The notes under the pieces: generated by a model | Told to the model about the DNA's origin: nothing | The model's input: the letters and a program-made list of their open reading frames with translations, nothing else | Database searches by the model: none | Made by a program: the position numbers and the translations under genes | In this document: piece after piece, positions 11,301 to 26,151 of the stretch | Position numbering within the stretch: position 1 is the first letter of the stretch | Layout: every line of letters starts with the position of its first letter | DNA from: Octopus bimaculoides | Taxonomy: Eukaryota | NCBI RefSeq assembly: GCF_001194135.2 | Contig: NC_068990.1 | Coordinates: 40,444,514-40,508,513 of the forward strand | Direction of reading: 5' to 3' | Length of the DNA: 64,000 nt

Positions 11301-13011
11301 ATGTATGAATTAAATAAACCAAATTTATCATTTGTATATTTGCAATAAATGAATGTTGAGATTTTTTTGCTTGGCATGCTAACAGTTATTTTGTAATGCA
11401 AACACAGGGAGTAGGTGCAAATGTAGTTCTTTCCCCTTCATATAATTTAGACACTTGGTTTCTTCGTTATTAACACCCTCATCCTTTCCACCATCATGAT
11501 TAACAGCAACAAAAGTAAACAAATGCATTTGTAATCTAAAAAGAAAGGGGTAACACAAATGGTAAATTTATATAGTTAGTAAAACCATCAAATTAGAGAT
11601 AGCACCTCTGTGAAAAAATGTTTGATAAAGTAAACGTGAACATAGTATTACTTTAACTTGATCTCAAAACTACACTCAAGAAATTTCTGATCATAGACTT
11701 AACACATCATAAAGGTTAACATACGTGCCTTTAGCAAATCTTTATATATAACCATATCATTTCACTAGATCTATGTGTTTTAAGGTGCCACTTGTCTTGC
11801 TGCTAATTTTGGTTCTCTCAAAACAAAATGTCATCTTGTATTGTTATTTGTTCTTAGTATTTCAAAACCTTAATGTTGTCTTAGTGAATGAAGCCTGTTG
11901 GTGAGCTAGTTTGATTGCTGCTATCAATTATTATAGTAATTAAATTTAAGGGTTTCAGGATGCCATCATGCTTCTCTAAGTTAGTGATTTTTACGATTCT
12001 ATTAGTCTTAAAAGTAGATCTAGTTTCTTCACTGTACCTGGGTGTGGCACACATCTCATGATGTCATCTTTTTCGTGGATTTAATTACTTTTGATGTAAC
12101 CTTCATTTGCAACTAGATGAGGGTATCTTTGGATGGGATAGTGCGGTTATTATTGATGGATGATGACTTTATATGCAACAGTCAAGTTTGAAGTATTTAC
12201 AGCTCAACTTAACTTTATATATATAAAAAAAAGCAATTAAAGCACATATCATATCTAGGTTACCATAGTATCAATAGTTAAATTTTTCTAATAGAATTCC
12301 TGATAAACTTTAACCTTTGTCTAATTCCTCATTGACCTACATATTCTGGATAGGGTGCAGAGTACCCTGTTGCTGTTATAATTAAGTTGGTTTTGGATTA
12401 GGTAATATAACCCCATTTTTTTTGTCAAGCAATCAAGCCTCATGATATTCAAATTATGAAGATGATTATCATCATGATAGATAAGTCAAGAGACAGCCTT
12501 GGTTACACATCTCCAAAAAGCTCTAATATTTGCCATCAAATAATTTACTGATAACTAAAGTTACAGTATACAAGATAACAACTTCCTAGAGCAGAGTGGG
12601 AGAATCATTTTAAATTTAAAGACAACACTGATTAAAATATAGTGTAAAGCCAAACTAACAAAAATTCTGTTAAATACATGGGAAAATGTAATTACTTTTA
12701 CTGCAGAATAGTAATAATAGATGTTAAAAATAGAAATGTAAACTGAAGTCATAATGACATTTTTTTTTCTTAATTTAAGAACATTTATAATAAATATAAT
12801 GCTCCTAATCAACAAAAATATTTTTTCTGTTGCTAAATCATGACCTTTTCCATAAAGATACAATGCATACAGAAGTTGAAGAGCAAAACTGTTGTTACCT
12901 TTGCAAAAGCTGCCTAAGTATATTGCATTTAGGCCAATATATATGTATATATGTTATCTTTGTGACCTGTTGTTTGAATTCTGGAAAAGGTAGGCACATT
13001 ACACACATGTA

Positions 13012-13330
13012 TAGGGTTGCCCAAAAGTCCATTAGGATTTTTAAGTTAAAATAAGACACAGATTTTAAACACAAACTGATTTAATCGATCAATGACATAA
13101 TTACTGTTTTGTTCAACTATCTTCTGCAATCAGGTGGGCAGATATAACATTATTACCTGTTCAAAGAATTTCGTTTTTTACTCAGGGAAAATGCTTCCAG
13201 GTATATTTTTACATCCTCTTCAAAGTTTAAGCTCTGTCCATTCAATGAATTTTGAAGAGGCCCAAACAGGTAGAAATCTGAAGGTGTAAGGTCAGGCAAA
13301 TATGGAGGGTATGGCAAAATTTCCAAGCCA
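13012..13330 (-). mobile_element. Mariner transposon 3' remnant (transposase C-terminus + one TIR)
   Basis: Minus strand reads GLEILPYPPYLPDLTPSDFYLFGPLQNSLNGQSLNFEEDVK, matching the YSPDLAPSD motif. Terminal TA-TAGGGTTGCCCAAAAGT TIR-like sequence near 13010. Confidence 0.85.
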
Positions 13331-13499
13331 AGTCCATATAATTTCTGCTGCGTCTCACTAATCCCTTGACACTACTTCTTACTTTTCCTTCTAATATCCA
13401 TCTCTCTAACACTGTTGCTATTAGTATCTCTCTTACCACCATATTTTAAAAATAAACTTATGTAACTCCAAGAAGAACTGTATTGGACCCTGACAAACT

Positions 13500-14085
13500 G
13501 TTTAAACCATGCTGGCATGGCAGACAACTGACTTTTGCCATCACCGTTCCCTCTTAATTAACCCAGCCAATTACCATAACCACTCTCCATCACACTATTC
13601 CCTAATAATTACTCTCCCCCTTCCCTACTTTTTATTTCCATTACTCCTACCCCAGCACTGTTTGCAATGTTATTCTCTTCATTATCATCCTCACAAAACA
13701 ATATATCTGTTGCATTCATCATAGGAGCTGTCATTCACTTTGCAAGCTGCAATATGATTTCAATGTTGCTAGTGCAACAAAATTCCCCCATACATCCTGT
13801 ATGTGATCGGTAACTGATTCAAGCAACAACTCAGGTTTGAGAGAGCATTTTAGTCTTGCTGATGGTGACACAACCTCTATGATATAGGTGCCATAAAAAT
13901 AATTCCATCCAGTACACTCTGTAAAATATTTTGTGTTAGGAAAGGTATCCAGCTATAGTAACCATGGAAGCCAAATTGAGATACTGGAGCAAGATGTGGC
14001 CCTCTAACCCATTGAATATTGTTGAATTGTCCAACTCATGTCAGCATGAAAAACAGATATAAAACAATGATGATAATTATGATGA
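13500..14085 (+). mobile_element. Family E2: pyrimidine-rich body joined to RTE-type tail
   Basis: C/T-rich 13500-13750, then ggtgccataaaaataattccatccagtacactctgtaaa...gttaggaaaggtatccagc...gcatgaaaaacagatataaaacaatgatgat. Confidence 0.55.
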
Positions 14086-14989
14086 TTTCTACATTTATGT
14101 TTACAACCCACTACATATAAACCAGAAAAAACAGTGTTAAGATCTATCCAAAATGCTTGACAGTAAATATATTGTAACATCCCATCAGATGCAAAATTGC
14201 ATACAAGCATCCTTATGACTCCCTACAATACGTCACTACAATATGAATTATCTTTATCATTATATAATTAATTTATCCAACTATTAAATTATTTATCTGT
14301 TATATAAAAAGAAGAGTTTAGCACATTTACTTGGGCATAAGAGAAAATGGAAGAGTACCGGTGATATAATACAAAGCAATAATTCTTTAGTTGAGAGCTT
14401 AACAAGTCATCTACTGGATTTCAAGATAAAAACTAATGCCGACCAAAGCCTTTTAATTTTTCTGGCCAATCTAACAAAGAGATCTTTCCTAATTTTGTCT
14501 CATCCAGTACACTCTAAATTCAACTCTTAACACAAATAAAATTTTACATTTTTTTCTGTCTATATAGGAATTTATATCAGTTTAAGGAAATATGTAATGA
14601 TGTGCTTGATTCTCTTTGAGCTCTTGTTCTATTTCATGCACATCCAGCATCTCAAAGATTATAGAAATTGTCATAGAAAATCAATTCATTACCCTCCACT
14701 CTCTCTCTCTCCCTCTCTTGCTCTTGCTCTCCAGTTACTAACAGTATGGTTTCTGTATAACCTGGTCTATTTGAATTTGTCTTTCCTACATCAGATAACG
14801 GAGGGTTTTTTTTCACATGATAACTTTTGAGAAAGCCAACTTGTTAAACCCCAATCAAAGTGATGAATTCTTGTCATTTCTGAGTTAAGAACATTCAAGT
14901 GAATTTGTCTGCTTACGGACAAGATCCATTTGGCTTGGAGATTTCCATTTAACTGTGCTATTGCAATGAGCATTGCAGAGATCTCTCAC

Positions 14990-15430
14990 AACCACATTGT
15001 ATCAATGCCACTCTACTAGCCAACTTACATCTCCCACATAACAACAGTCTATTTGCTATTATTTCTAACCATGCATTCTTCAATATGAATAATACCAACT
15101 TTCAATCTTCCTTCCTTCTGGACATACTTACACCATCCATAGCTTAGACGTCCCTGCCAGATTTTCTCTGCCTAAAAAACACACTCAAATTGGGATGCAA
15201 TAACCTAGTCACCTTTAACTTATCAAAGATCCAACTGATTAACATAACATGAAAGCAGTGATACAGTACAGTCATTCTAAGCATGATCTATATACAGCTA
15301 AATCCCTCAATGTCACTACAAATGCTAGGTTTATTTCTCATACCACTGGCTTAGCTATCTGTCCAGTTTGTGTTGATTGTTATAATCTTTCTGACTTCGT
15401 TATAACATTTCCCCAATCTTGCAGAAAAAC
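14990..15430 (+). mobile_element. Highly decayed LINE reverse-transcriptase fragment (CR1/L2/Jockey group)
   Basis: Plus strand reads ...LKLGCNNLVTFNLSKIQLINI...LNPSMSLQMLGLFL, resembling the WGxxNLVxFNxxKTQ...LxILG region after YADD. Many stops. Confidence 0.35.
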
Positions 15431-18400
15431 AAAATGAACTAATATTGATTTACAACTACTCTCTATATTTATGACTCCTTCAAACTTACCTATTCTGTTC
15501 CTACAAAGTGCATCACATGTTTCTTAAAATATTATTTACAGCCTCCCTTCAAACAAAAAAAAAGTCATTAGTGTTCTTGGCTCTGGGTTTCCTTTTACAA
15601 ATAATTACTTGTACTCTATATTGTATGAAAAGGGCTGCAACTTGTTGAGTTGGTAAGGTCTTAAATGGTTGACTGAATGGTTCATGGCTTCTATCACATT
15701 ATAATGCACTATTGATTCATGATTCATAAAATAGATTAACCAGATTAACCATTTATTGCAAACAGCTTGAAACAGGCTGATTTGTCTCAAAAAATATACA
15801 CCAAGAGTTACACAAATGCAATGCATTACGAGACAGATGCATATTTTGGTTGCTTATCACTTAGTCTTGTATTTCCAGGTTACCAACTCGACTAAAACTT
15901 ATCATTTCTATTCATTCTCTATCTTTGTGTTAGCTAGTTATTCCATATCCTCAAGTCATCTTCAGTTTGTTATTTATTTCTACTGGTTTGCATGTCTTAA
16001 AGATATCCACTATTCCAAAATGACTGGATCATTCGTTATTTCTAATTTCTAAGAGAGATGAGTACAGGTTGATAAGTAAGCTAATGAGACAATCAGTTTG
16101 GTTATCACTAGTAAAAAAAAAAGAGGGTAACTATCAGTAAATCACATCACAAACAACAATGATGAAAATAAACATAAGGAAAATACTTTATATCCTATCA
16201 ATAGCTGACACTTCTTCAAGGATCACTTACATAAACTCCGCTACTGAGGTCATGAAACATATCCTTTGAGATCTGACATTGTTGGCAAAATCCAAAAAAG
16301 CGAACCTTCAACTTCATGGATATTCTAAAAATTCTCACAGTTCATTCTCTCTACCAATACTATAACTAATACTTTATGTGAATCTTTTGGTTCTTACTAT
16401 CACAGCCTTATCTTTAAACCGTTACCCTAAAATGTAACAAGATACCCTTTAAGGTGGGTATACATTTCAGAAATCTACCATACACTGACCTCCACAGTTC
16501 TTCATTGATTAGTTAGGTAAAATACACTACTTTGCATTCATGGGTTGATTGAGACAGTACAGAGTTTCTACCTATATAAAGCAAAATAACGAGAAATCTA
16601 AAGCATATTATTACACACAGCTTGCCTGTAACACTTCCTCTACTCTATGGAACTTAATATCAACCATCATATAAACTAATCACATTCACAGCTCCATTCC
16701 ATCCTCTCCCATTAAGTGCCCCTCATTATAGATTCTTGCTTACAATAATTATAAAAATTACAATTACTCTTTTACAAGGAGACAAGTTTAGAGAGTTGAC
16801 AAAATGGCAGGTTTATACCAGAACAGTTACAGTTAACGTTGGAAGTGAATCAGTAGAATATATATTATAATGTCTCATTTAATGTGTATGTGTCAATGTA
16901 CATATGTATGCATGTTTATCATTGTATATACGTATGTCTGAGTCTGATTTTATTCATATACTTGTGCATCAGTGTATAGATGTATGTGTATGTGTGATTC
17001 TGAATGCGTATGCCATTAAATACACACATTTGTCTCATTCAATACACACTTTTGTATGTATGTGTGTTTCTCTACTTATATGTATGTGTTATTTAATGTA
17101 TATGTGTGCATATATGTGTACAAGTGTCTGATGTATCATTATCATGTATGTGCCATTGTGTGTAAATGTGTATTGTTCTTTATGTGTTTGCATTATTATC
17201 TCTATGCAAGCTTGTATAATGTGTATAGCTCGTTTGAGTTTCAGCCAAAATTATAATATAATTAATTAACATAAAACCAATCTCTAGTCAATTTAGGAAA
17301 AATACCAGCAACAACAATATCAAATCTAAATAACCACAATAATAACTCTTTGTCTTTTATTTCCAGGTGTGCAAACAATAGAAACCTATAAATAAAAGCC
17401 AGGAAGAAAGAAAGTGAAAATGGATAACAAAAAGAAATAAGGTGTAAAAACAATGTTAAAAAGAAATATAAACTAAAACAAAAAATACAAAGATCCCTTC
17501 TTTTCCTATTATCCTGTCAAAGGCAACAATCCTAGGAATGAAACTTACATAAGGACCCAGATTTTATCAACTCTATGGATACTGTTCACTCCAAGAGCAA
17601 GTCTGCAGGAAAACCTCTACAGGTAATAAATAATATTTTATTTCATCACTCTACATCTACAGATATTATACACTACTCTGTATCTTTGTCTTACAAAACT
17701 ATCATTAATCCTTAATTTACAAAGAATTATGGTGTGTAGGGATATAATAACTGATATTTTCTGATAAAATAGTAAAATGTCTTAAGAATAGATGTGTGTC
17801 ACTTGTGTGCTTACAACTGTAAAATGATTTAATTACCTGCCAAGTGGATTTTTGTTATAAACTTTAACTTATCACTAACATCATTAGGCTTCATAATATT
17901 TTATAGATCAGTCTAACATCATATATTTTGTTCTTTAGTTTCTATTGAACTTTTTGATATGTTTATAGGACATTGTTATCAATTATTACTTTCTCAAATA
18001 GTTGAAATAAAATTATGTTTGACAATTTTCGAGCAAGTGATGGTTAGCATATATTTTGGATTAGGAAGACTAAAGCTGGCAAAATGAAGATTGTTGATTA
18101 AAGGCCACATCACAGTTAAGATTAGAAATGATTTGTATAACAACTATAACTATTGAGAAAAGCCATCAACCTGAGACTGGGGTTTTCACTTGTTTTATAG
18201 CTAATTTATTTCACCAACAACATAAAAGACATGGGCTAAATGATAATTCAATTTCCATTTTAAAATTGTTGGAACGAGTATTTTTTTCATAAAACAGAAG
18301 TTGTGGTATCATCGATTTTCAACTAACTTGGCTGAGATGGTAGTTTAAGAATCAACTAGCAATAGAGTGATCCAGTTTCTTTAACCTCATGGCATTAATA

Positions 18401-19682
18401 CTCCATAAGACTATGGTATATCTATCTTCAAGATGAGATCTCATTATTTATACACAAGAAATGGTTTCCTGCCTGTTGCAGTGTATTCATCCATGTTGTC
18501 TAATTAAAAATAGGTCATTTTGCTAAAGATACACGGCAACTTAGTCTCAGTGAGAGAACATATGATATAAACTATTTTGGCTTTAAAGCCAGAGCCACAA
18601 TAACTAAGTAAATTATCTCACATATCACTCACTCATAAAAATAAATAATAATTCATTTAAAATCTTCAGCTTGTCAGTTTCACTGGTAAATAATTAACAC
18701 CATATTTAAAAGAAATTAAGAATAGAGACATTATTTCTTAAAACTAAAATTATAATTTATTTTCTAATAAAAAACAATCAATTAGACTACCAGATAATAG
18801 TATGATAAATATGAATTAGTTGAGCAAGTAATTAAGTGGTCATAGGCCATATTATGAAAAAGAAAGACAGAAATGACAATTAGGACATTTGTTCCTTCCA
18901 AGAGGTTCATGTGCAAAATGGCTACAACTAAGAATCAATACCAAAGTTACGTATACAATATATCTGATGCTTTCCATCATTTTTATTCTCCTTCACCCCA
19001 ATTTCTTGGCATCTCCATCTATAACTACCAGCGTCACACATCCTTTCATAACATTACCATGGTGTCAAGCCCACACCACCACCACCATCAAATTGGTTAC
19101 TCACCCTTAAAAAAATATATGAAATAAATTAACATCAGGTCTTAAAAGTTAATTAGTATCTAATATTTCTAAAAGTTAATTTTTCAGTTTGTCACAGCTG
19201 TTTCTAAAATCTCTAACCTGACCTATATTTGAAGGTGAAACTGGAAAATAGTTTTCTTTAAATGTTACAGAAATCCATAACTAAAATGATAATAAATAAT
19301 GACATTTGACAAAGCACCAGATCAAGTTTTGTTGAATTTACTTGGTCCTGACTTTATTAAGACTAAAGTGATTTAAAAAAGAATTCTACATTGCTAGGAT
19401 TTGAACTGAGAACATAGAGTTATTAAATATCATGTGGATTTTTTGGTCAGTCATGCTATTGTCTCCAACAATTTAGTACAAAAAAAAAAGTAATAAAAAT
19501 AATAAATATAATATTTTTCTCAATTCTTAGTTGATAAATCCTAATCAAACATAATTCACTTGATCAAACTATCAAAGATGGCAAAATAAATTTAAGCACC
19601 CATTGGTAGTTAAAGAATTAATCAAACAGCTTATTTCAAATAACGTACCCCACAGTCACACACACATACATACATATATACA

Positions 19683-19777
<95 letters not shown>

Positions 19778-19987
19778 TAATATTAAGTTGAAGAGCAAAC
19801 ATACTTACACTCATACACATTGTTTACTTAGCTTTGAAATTCATGCTATTTCTGCCATGTCTGGTTATAAAACAAACATGACTAAGGATTGTACTTGATA
19901 GCTTGGTGGGAACCTATCTTCTTCAGTATACAATGTAAAAAGGTTGATCTATCTAAAGTTTATTATATATATATATAAATACACACG

Positions 19988-20028
<41 letters not shown>

Positions 20029-20734
20029 GGGTAGATCCATTTGGTAAGCAGTCACAACACTAGCACAAAACAAATAAAAGATTTTAGTAATGTTGATTTA
20101 AAACAAATCTATATAAAAAAAAAAAAATTGTACCAGTTATTTTATTTTCCAAGAATGTTCATTTTACATTGTTACTTTCTTGTTGGAAGTCTAATGCTAG
20201 AAACTCAGTTTTACAGTCTGTATTGGAAACAAAAGTATAATAGAAACTGAAAGGTTTTTTTTATTTTTTTTTAAAGCTGTTGATATTTAATAACTCTGCT
20301 CATTTTTACTAGAGCAGGCATATGTCACAAATAATTGACTGAATATGGAAGATTTCGTAAATGGTCTTGCATTCAATATCTTGTGCATGTTAGGGTGAGC
20401 TGAATGTTAAAATTGGGATTGTACTTCAAATATGTAGAAATAGAGTCTGAAAAGATGATTAGAAAAGTGTATCAGTAATAAGGTAAATAATCTAAAAAAC
20501 ATGCACTACTCAAGTACTTGGTTGGGTAACTTATTTAAGGCCAAACTGTGCCAGTATTGAATTTACTGTTCATATTTAAGAAAAAAACAATTGTCACAAT
20601 TGGCTAGGTCAGATAAAGGATGTGGTCCTATTGTTAAAATGGCTTAAATGTTTCTTTAAGGCCAAAATATTTAACTTTCAAATGGTCTGGTCTACCTCAC
20701 AATGAATACTATGAGTACATTAGTTATTTCTATC

Positions 20735-20950
20735 GTTCTTTTATTCCTAGGTCAGCCTTGATTTGAGCAGACTATATTCTAAAGTGTCCCAGCTGTGATT
20801 ACCTACCTGATCATTTTAGTGACATGTTTGACTGTATTATTTAATATGTCTTTTCCTTACTGAAGCCAGTAGAGTGTGGTTGTTAGAAAGATCTCTCTGC
20901 TCTTTCTAGCAAGCTGAGCGATGAAATTCGCAGCTCCTCAAAAGAAGTAA
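20735..20950 (+). repeat. Unclassified interspersed repeat family H
   Basis: ctaggtcagccttgatttgagcagac...cccagctgtga...gtagagtgtggttgttagaaagatctctctgctctttctagcaagctgagcga. Reverse-complement relatives at about 40700-40960 and 41630-41810. Confidence 0.5.
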
Positions 20951-21164
20951 CATTACCTACACTGATTAGCTGAGGAATTTCGGGCTACCTTGGTGTACGT
21001 CTTTCAAACCTTCTGATAAATGTTGCTTGGAGAGACAGACACTTCATCACTAAATTTTCTGTTGGTATACTTTCTGATGATATATAGTCGATAAATGTTA
21101 CACTAAATAACCAATTGATGATGTGACTCACTTCTGTTGCAGTACCAGCAATATACTGACTGCT

Positions 21165-21258
21165 ATTCATAATCATCATCATCATTGGTTAACGTCCACT
21201 TTCCATGCTAGCATGGGTTGGACGATTTGACTGCGGACTGGTGAACCAGATGGCTGCA
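21165..21258 (-). mobile_element. Short RTE-type 3' tail fragment
   Basis: (CAT)n ggttaacgtccactttccatgctagcatgggttggacgatttgactg. Confidence 0.75.
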
Positions 21259-21937
21259 CAATATTAAATATAAACTCACCTTCCACTTTTGTATATTCAA
21301 AGAAACTACAGATAATTTTTGAAACATAAAGAAAAAACAGATTTGATAAAAATACTAAATTAAAAACCTTGGGTAGAAAAACCACGCAATTCTGAAAACA
21401 ATGTGTACAGATAGACTAAACAGAGATATGCACTAAGACAAATGCAATGAGACATTTACACACATATGTGCACGTACACACACACACAGCCCATATGTGA
21501 GTTATAAAGAAAATGTCAAAAATAATATCTATTTTCTAATTGATATGATATTTACAATCTAATCTATAAGAGAAAGGTGGGGGAAGAGAAACTTTGCAGT
21601 TATATATATATACATTTCCCTTTACCCTGAAAACAAGAAATTTAGAAATGATTTTATCTAAGAAAAACACAACAAAACAAGTAATGAGGGTACAATGTTG
21701 AGTGGAGGGTATGTCAAAAATTATTACTTTTACGCCCCACACCACTTTCTTGCCCCACAATCCCACATAAGCATTTCATATGCACATATTACACATGCAT
21801 GTGCATTCAAATGTATATATACATATANNNNNNNNNNNNNNNNNNNNNNNNNNNNNNNNNNNNNNNNNNNNNNNNNNNNNNNNNNNNNNNNNNNNNNNNN
21901 NNNNNNNNNNNNNNNNNNNNNNNNNNNNNNNNNNNNN

Positions 21938-21978
<41 letters not shown>

Positions 21979-22179
21979 ATGTGTGTATGTATGATATTTT
22001 ACTCACCATTTATAAGTTTATATCACTACATGTGAGCATGTAATTCAATTCATATCAAGTATTATATATTTTTCCCCAATACACATAAAAAAAAAAATAG
22101 TAAGTTGATTAAACATGAAAGTATGGAGCAGGTGTGGGTGAGAAGAAACTGAAGTGGCAGAAAAAATACACATACATTT

Positions 22180-22222
<43 letters not shown>

Positions 22223-23350
22223 AAAATAATAATAATAAAGCAAAACATAACAAGAAGCTTTTTGTAAATTTCTAAAGATAAAGGAGAAGAAACTTGCCCA
22301 AGAGCAAGTTGATTGTAATTCGATGAAATCTTGAGTACTATAGACACATTCCCCATTATCTAAATGGATATAAAACTCTGGCAGTTTAAGACACAACATC
22401 AATAAGAAACAAACAAACATACACCATACATGCACTACACTAAACCTTTCATCTACATACACACATAAAATCACATATAATGTAAATATCTTTTTATGAG
22501 AAGACAGACCAAGTGTTAGTTTGGAAAAATATACAACAAATTATCCTGAATTACATACAAGGCGATTACTTTTACACTACTTCCACCACCACCACCACCA
22601 CCACCACCACCACTACATCACCAATACAGCATCATTGCCATGACTAGATCAGTTCTCTCTTTCTCGCTCTCTTTTATTCGGCATTATGATATTTCTTTTA
22701 GTTTCTAATTTACAGAGTTAACCAGAGAACAATTTCAGAATAACAATAAAAGGAGGTTGAAATGAGATGAAGAGAGAGAGATAAGTTGCTAAAGTGGATG
22801 ATTATAAGGAGATGGGTGGTCAGGGAGCTAGTTGTTGAAATATAGCAATCCTTAATGAACAATCACTTCTTTCAGTTGGATGAATTAAATAATTAATCCT
22901 GTTACAAACTCCAGTCGATCCACGGGGCTGACTATTTTAACTCTAATGTTAAGATGAATTAAAGACAAATCCATCACTCTCTCTCGAACCGATGCCTTCC
23001 ATCACCACAATTATCATCATTACAATCTTCGTTATCATCATCGCCATCATTTCTGTCTTAATATGTAAAAGATGGTTTAAATTGGTTTAACTTTTTTATA
23101 AGTTGGATACCATTTCTACCATTAACCAATGAAGTCAGTAATTGTCAGTCAGGCATATGTAGGAAAGAAGTGTTATCAAACTTGTCAAGGTTATACAATA
23201 ATAACTAACGTAAGATTTGAACCTATTATTTCATGTTGTTACATTATCATTATTGATATCAACTAACCCCTCACACTCAAATTTACTGGTTTTGTACCTA
23301 AAATACAAACAGTTATTTTTGTTGAAATTATTATTACTATTGAAATCATT

Positions 23351-23738
23351 GTGGAGGAGCAATGGCCCAGTGGTTAGGGCAGCAGACTCACGGTCATAGG
23401 ATCGCGGTTTCAATTCCCAGACCAGGCGTTGTGAGTGTTTATTGAGCGAAAACACCTAAAGCTCCACGAAACTCCGGCAGGGGATGGTGGTGAACCCTGC
23501 TATACTCTTTCACCACAACTTACTCTCACTCTTACTTCCTTTTTCTGTTGTGCCTGTAATTCAAAGGGTCAGCCGTGTCACACTGAATATCCCCGAGAAC
23601 TACGTTAAGGTTACACGTGTCTGTGGAGTGCTCAGTCACTTGCACGTTAATTTCACGAGCAAGCTGTTCCATTGATCGGATCAACTGGAACCCTCGACGT
23701 CGTAAGCAACAGAGTGTCAACAACAACAACAACAACAC
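23351..23738 (+). mobile_element. SINE family D, full length with 12-bp TSD
   Basis: A-box TGGCCCAGTGG, B-box GGTTTCAATTCCC, (CAA)n tail. ATTGAAATCATT occurs at 23339-23350 and 23739-23750. Confidence 0.92.
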
Positions 23739-24274
23739 ATTGAAATCATTATTATTCTTATAATATCTAACATATACAGTTTGCTGTTGGAAGTATGAAA
23801 AATGTAGTAGCTGTTCACTTCTCGTGATACATTCTATTAAAATCTCAAGGCTTTTGTGGAGACTCCTTGCACTGCCAAGTAATGCAGTTTTCTATATCAT
23901 CATTCTACTTATTATTATTATGCAAATTCCATCAATTTCAACTTTGCCTTTCACCCTTTCTGGAATGATAAAGTAAAGTACCAGTCAGGTACTGGGGTTG
24001 AAGCAACCATCTAACACCTTCCAAGACTGCTAGCTTCATACCTAAATTAGAAATATTTAGTGCTGTTGAAAAATCATCACAGCATTGGAAAAAAATACTT
24101 TGCAGCATTTGTGTTGGTTCTTTTATATTCTACATGAAAATTTTGCCATGGTTAAATTTTGCCATGTGGTTGCCATGGTTAACTTTATCTTTCCTCCTTT
24201 TAGGATTGATAAAATAAAGTACCAGTTAAGCACTGGGCTCAATGCTTCACATATTTCAAATGTCTCCTTTTATC

Positions 24275-24712
24275 AAGCGTTTAATTTTGATACAAACTTC
24301 TTTATGAAATATAGCTCCATTGTTTTTCGGGCATTTGGGTCATTCCTTGGGCATTTCTAGAAGGGGAAGATTTTGAATTTTCCTTCTCCACATATTTCCA
24401 AATGTTTGCTCAGTGGAATTTTCCATAGCTCTTCTTGTCGGATGTGCTGTCTGCATTGGTTTTGCCAATATAATTCTTCTTGCATTTGGGGCAAGTAATG
24501 CAGTATATGAGGTTTCATGTCTTGCAGTTCATATTTGCATTTATTGTGAATAAGAATTCACTCTTAAATTTTATGTGGATGTCACTGTCTATATATTTGT
24601 AGTTATTGATGTTGCATATTCCACATCTTCTGTCTCCACATTTCTTTACAGAAAATTCTCTTTTATTCTCTGATGTGAATTTTGCTCTTGTAAGTTGTTT
24701 TTTAAGTTTTTT
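24275..24712 (-). mobile_element. Penelope-like element GIY-YIG endonuclease remnant (Neptune-type Cys linker)
   Basis: Minus strand reads LKKQLTRAKF...KCGDRRCGIC...NANMNCKT*NLIYCITCPKCKKNYIGKT. After a frameshift: RQHIRQEELWKIPLSKHLEICGEGKFKIFPF*KCPRNDPNARKTMELYFIKKFVSKLN. Confidence 0.9.
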
Positions 24713-24728
24713 TCCTATATATATATAT

Positions 24729-24773
<45 letters not shown>

Positions 24774-26099
24774 NNNNNNNNNNNNNNNNNNNNNNNNNNN
24801 NNNNNNNNNNNNNNNNNNNNNNNNNNNNNNNNNNNNNNNNNNNNNNNNNNNNNNNNNNNNNNNNNNNNNNNNNNNNNNNNNNNNNNNNNNNNNNNNNNNN
24901 NNNNNNNNNNNNNNNNNNNNNNNNNNNNNNNNNNNNNNNNNNNNNNNNNNNNNNNNNNNNNNNNNNNNNNNNNNNNNNNNNNNNNNNNNNNNNNNNNNNN
25001 NNNNNNNNNNNNNNNNNNNNNNNNNNNNNNNNNNNNNNNNNNNNNNNNNNNNNNNNNNNNNNNNNNNNNNNNNNNNNNNNNNNNNNNNNNNNNNNNNNNN
25101 NNNNNNNNNNNNNNNNNNNNNNNNNNNNNNNNNNNNNNNNNNNNNNNNNNNNNNNNNNNNNNNNNNNNNNNNNNNNNNNNNNNNNNNNNNNNNNNNNNNN
25201 NNNNNNNNNNNNNNNNNNNNNNNNNNNNNNNNNNNNNNNNNNNNNNNNNNNNNNNNNNNNNNNNNNNNNNNNNNNNNNNNNNNNNNNNNNNNNNNNNNNN
25301 NNNNNNNNNNNNNNNNNNNNNNNNNNNNNNNNNNNNNNNNNNNNNNNNNNNNNNNNNNNNNNNNNNNNNNNNNNNNNNNNNNNNNNNNNNNNNNNNNNNN
25401 NNNNNNNNNNNNNNNNNNNNNNNNNNNNNNNNNNNNNNNNNNNNNNNNNNNNNNNNNNNNNNNNNNNNNNNNNNNNNNNNNNNNNNNNNNNNNNNNNNNN
25501 NNNNNNNNNNNNNNNNNNNNNNNNNNNNNNNNNNNNNNNNNNNNNNNNNNNNNNNNNNNNNNNNNNNNNNNNNNNNNNNNNNNNNNNNNNNNTATATATA
25601 TATATATATATATATATGATGAGCTTCTGTTTTTTTCAGCTTCAAAAAAAAACACTTGCAAGTCTTTGGTTGGCCTGACACTATAGTAAAAGATAATTTC
25701 CCAATGTGCAGTGTGGTGAGACATGTTTGGGAAGCAAGCTTTTTAATCACACTGCCAAGCCTACAGCAGATGCAGATCAAAATTCTTTGAGTCAGTCTAA
25801 AATATATATTTTCTGAATATTTTATATTTTCCATTCTTCACAACAGGAAAATAATTCTAAAGAAGAAAATTCTAGCAATTTTATTGAAACTTCTAGAAAC
25901 TCTATGTTGTACATTAGCAGCATCATGTGATAACATTTTCTATTGTTATTATCATAATTAACATTTTCTTAGTGTCATTGAGGAAATAATTATGAAAACA
26001 TCAGGCACCTTGTCAAACAGACTTTTTAAATGATATTAATGGGTTAGGCTTGTATTCAGAGCTGGGTGGTGGCTGTGTCTTATCTATTTAAATATTAGT

Positions 26100-26151
<52 letters not shown>

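Noticed and set aside
11750-12520. Possible additional decayed Penelope RT on the minus strand
   Set aside because: Only vague motif similarity by eye; not supportable without tblastn.
15131-17612. Three minus-strand micro-exon candidates with compatible phases (about 17559-17612, 16231-16324, 15131-15170)
   Set aside because: The joined peptide resembles nothing I recognise, two of the pieces overlap probable LINE remnants, and AG/GT pairs are common by chance.
24140-24183. X-box-like GTTGCCATGGTTAAC
   Set aside because: It has an extra base and arises from a local tandem duplication (ttgccatg x3) at a decayed family B SINE.
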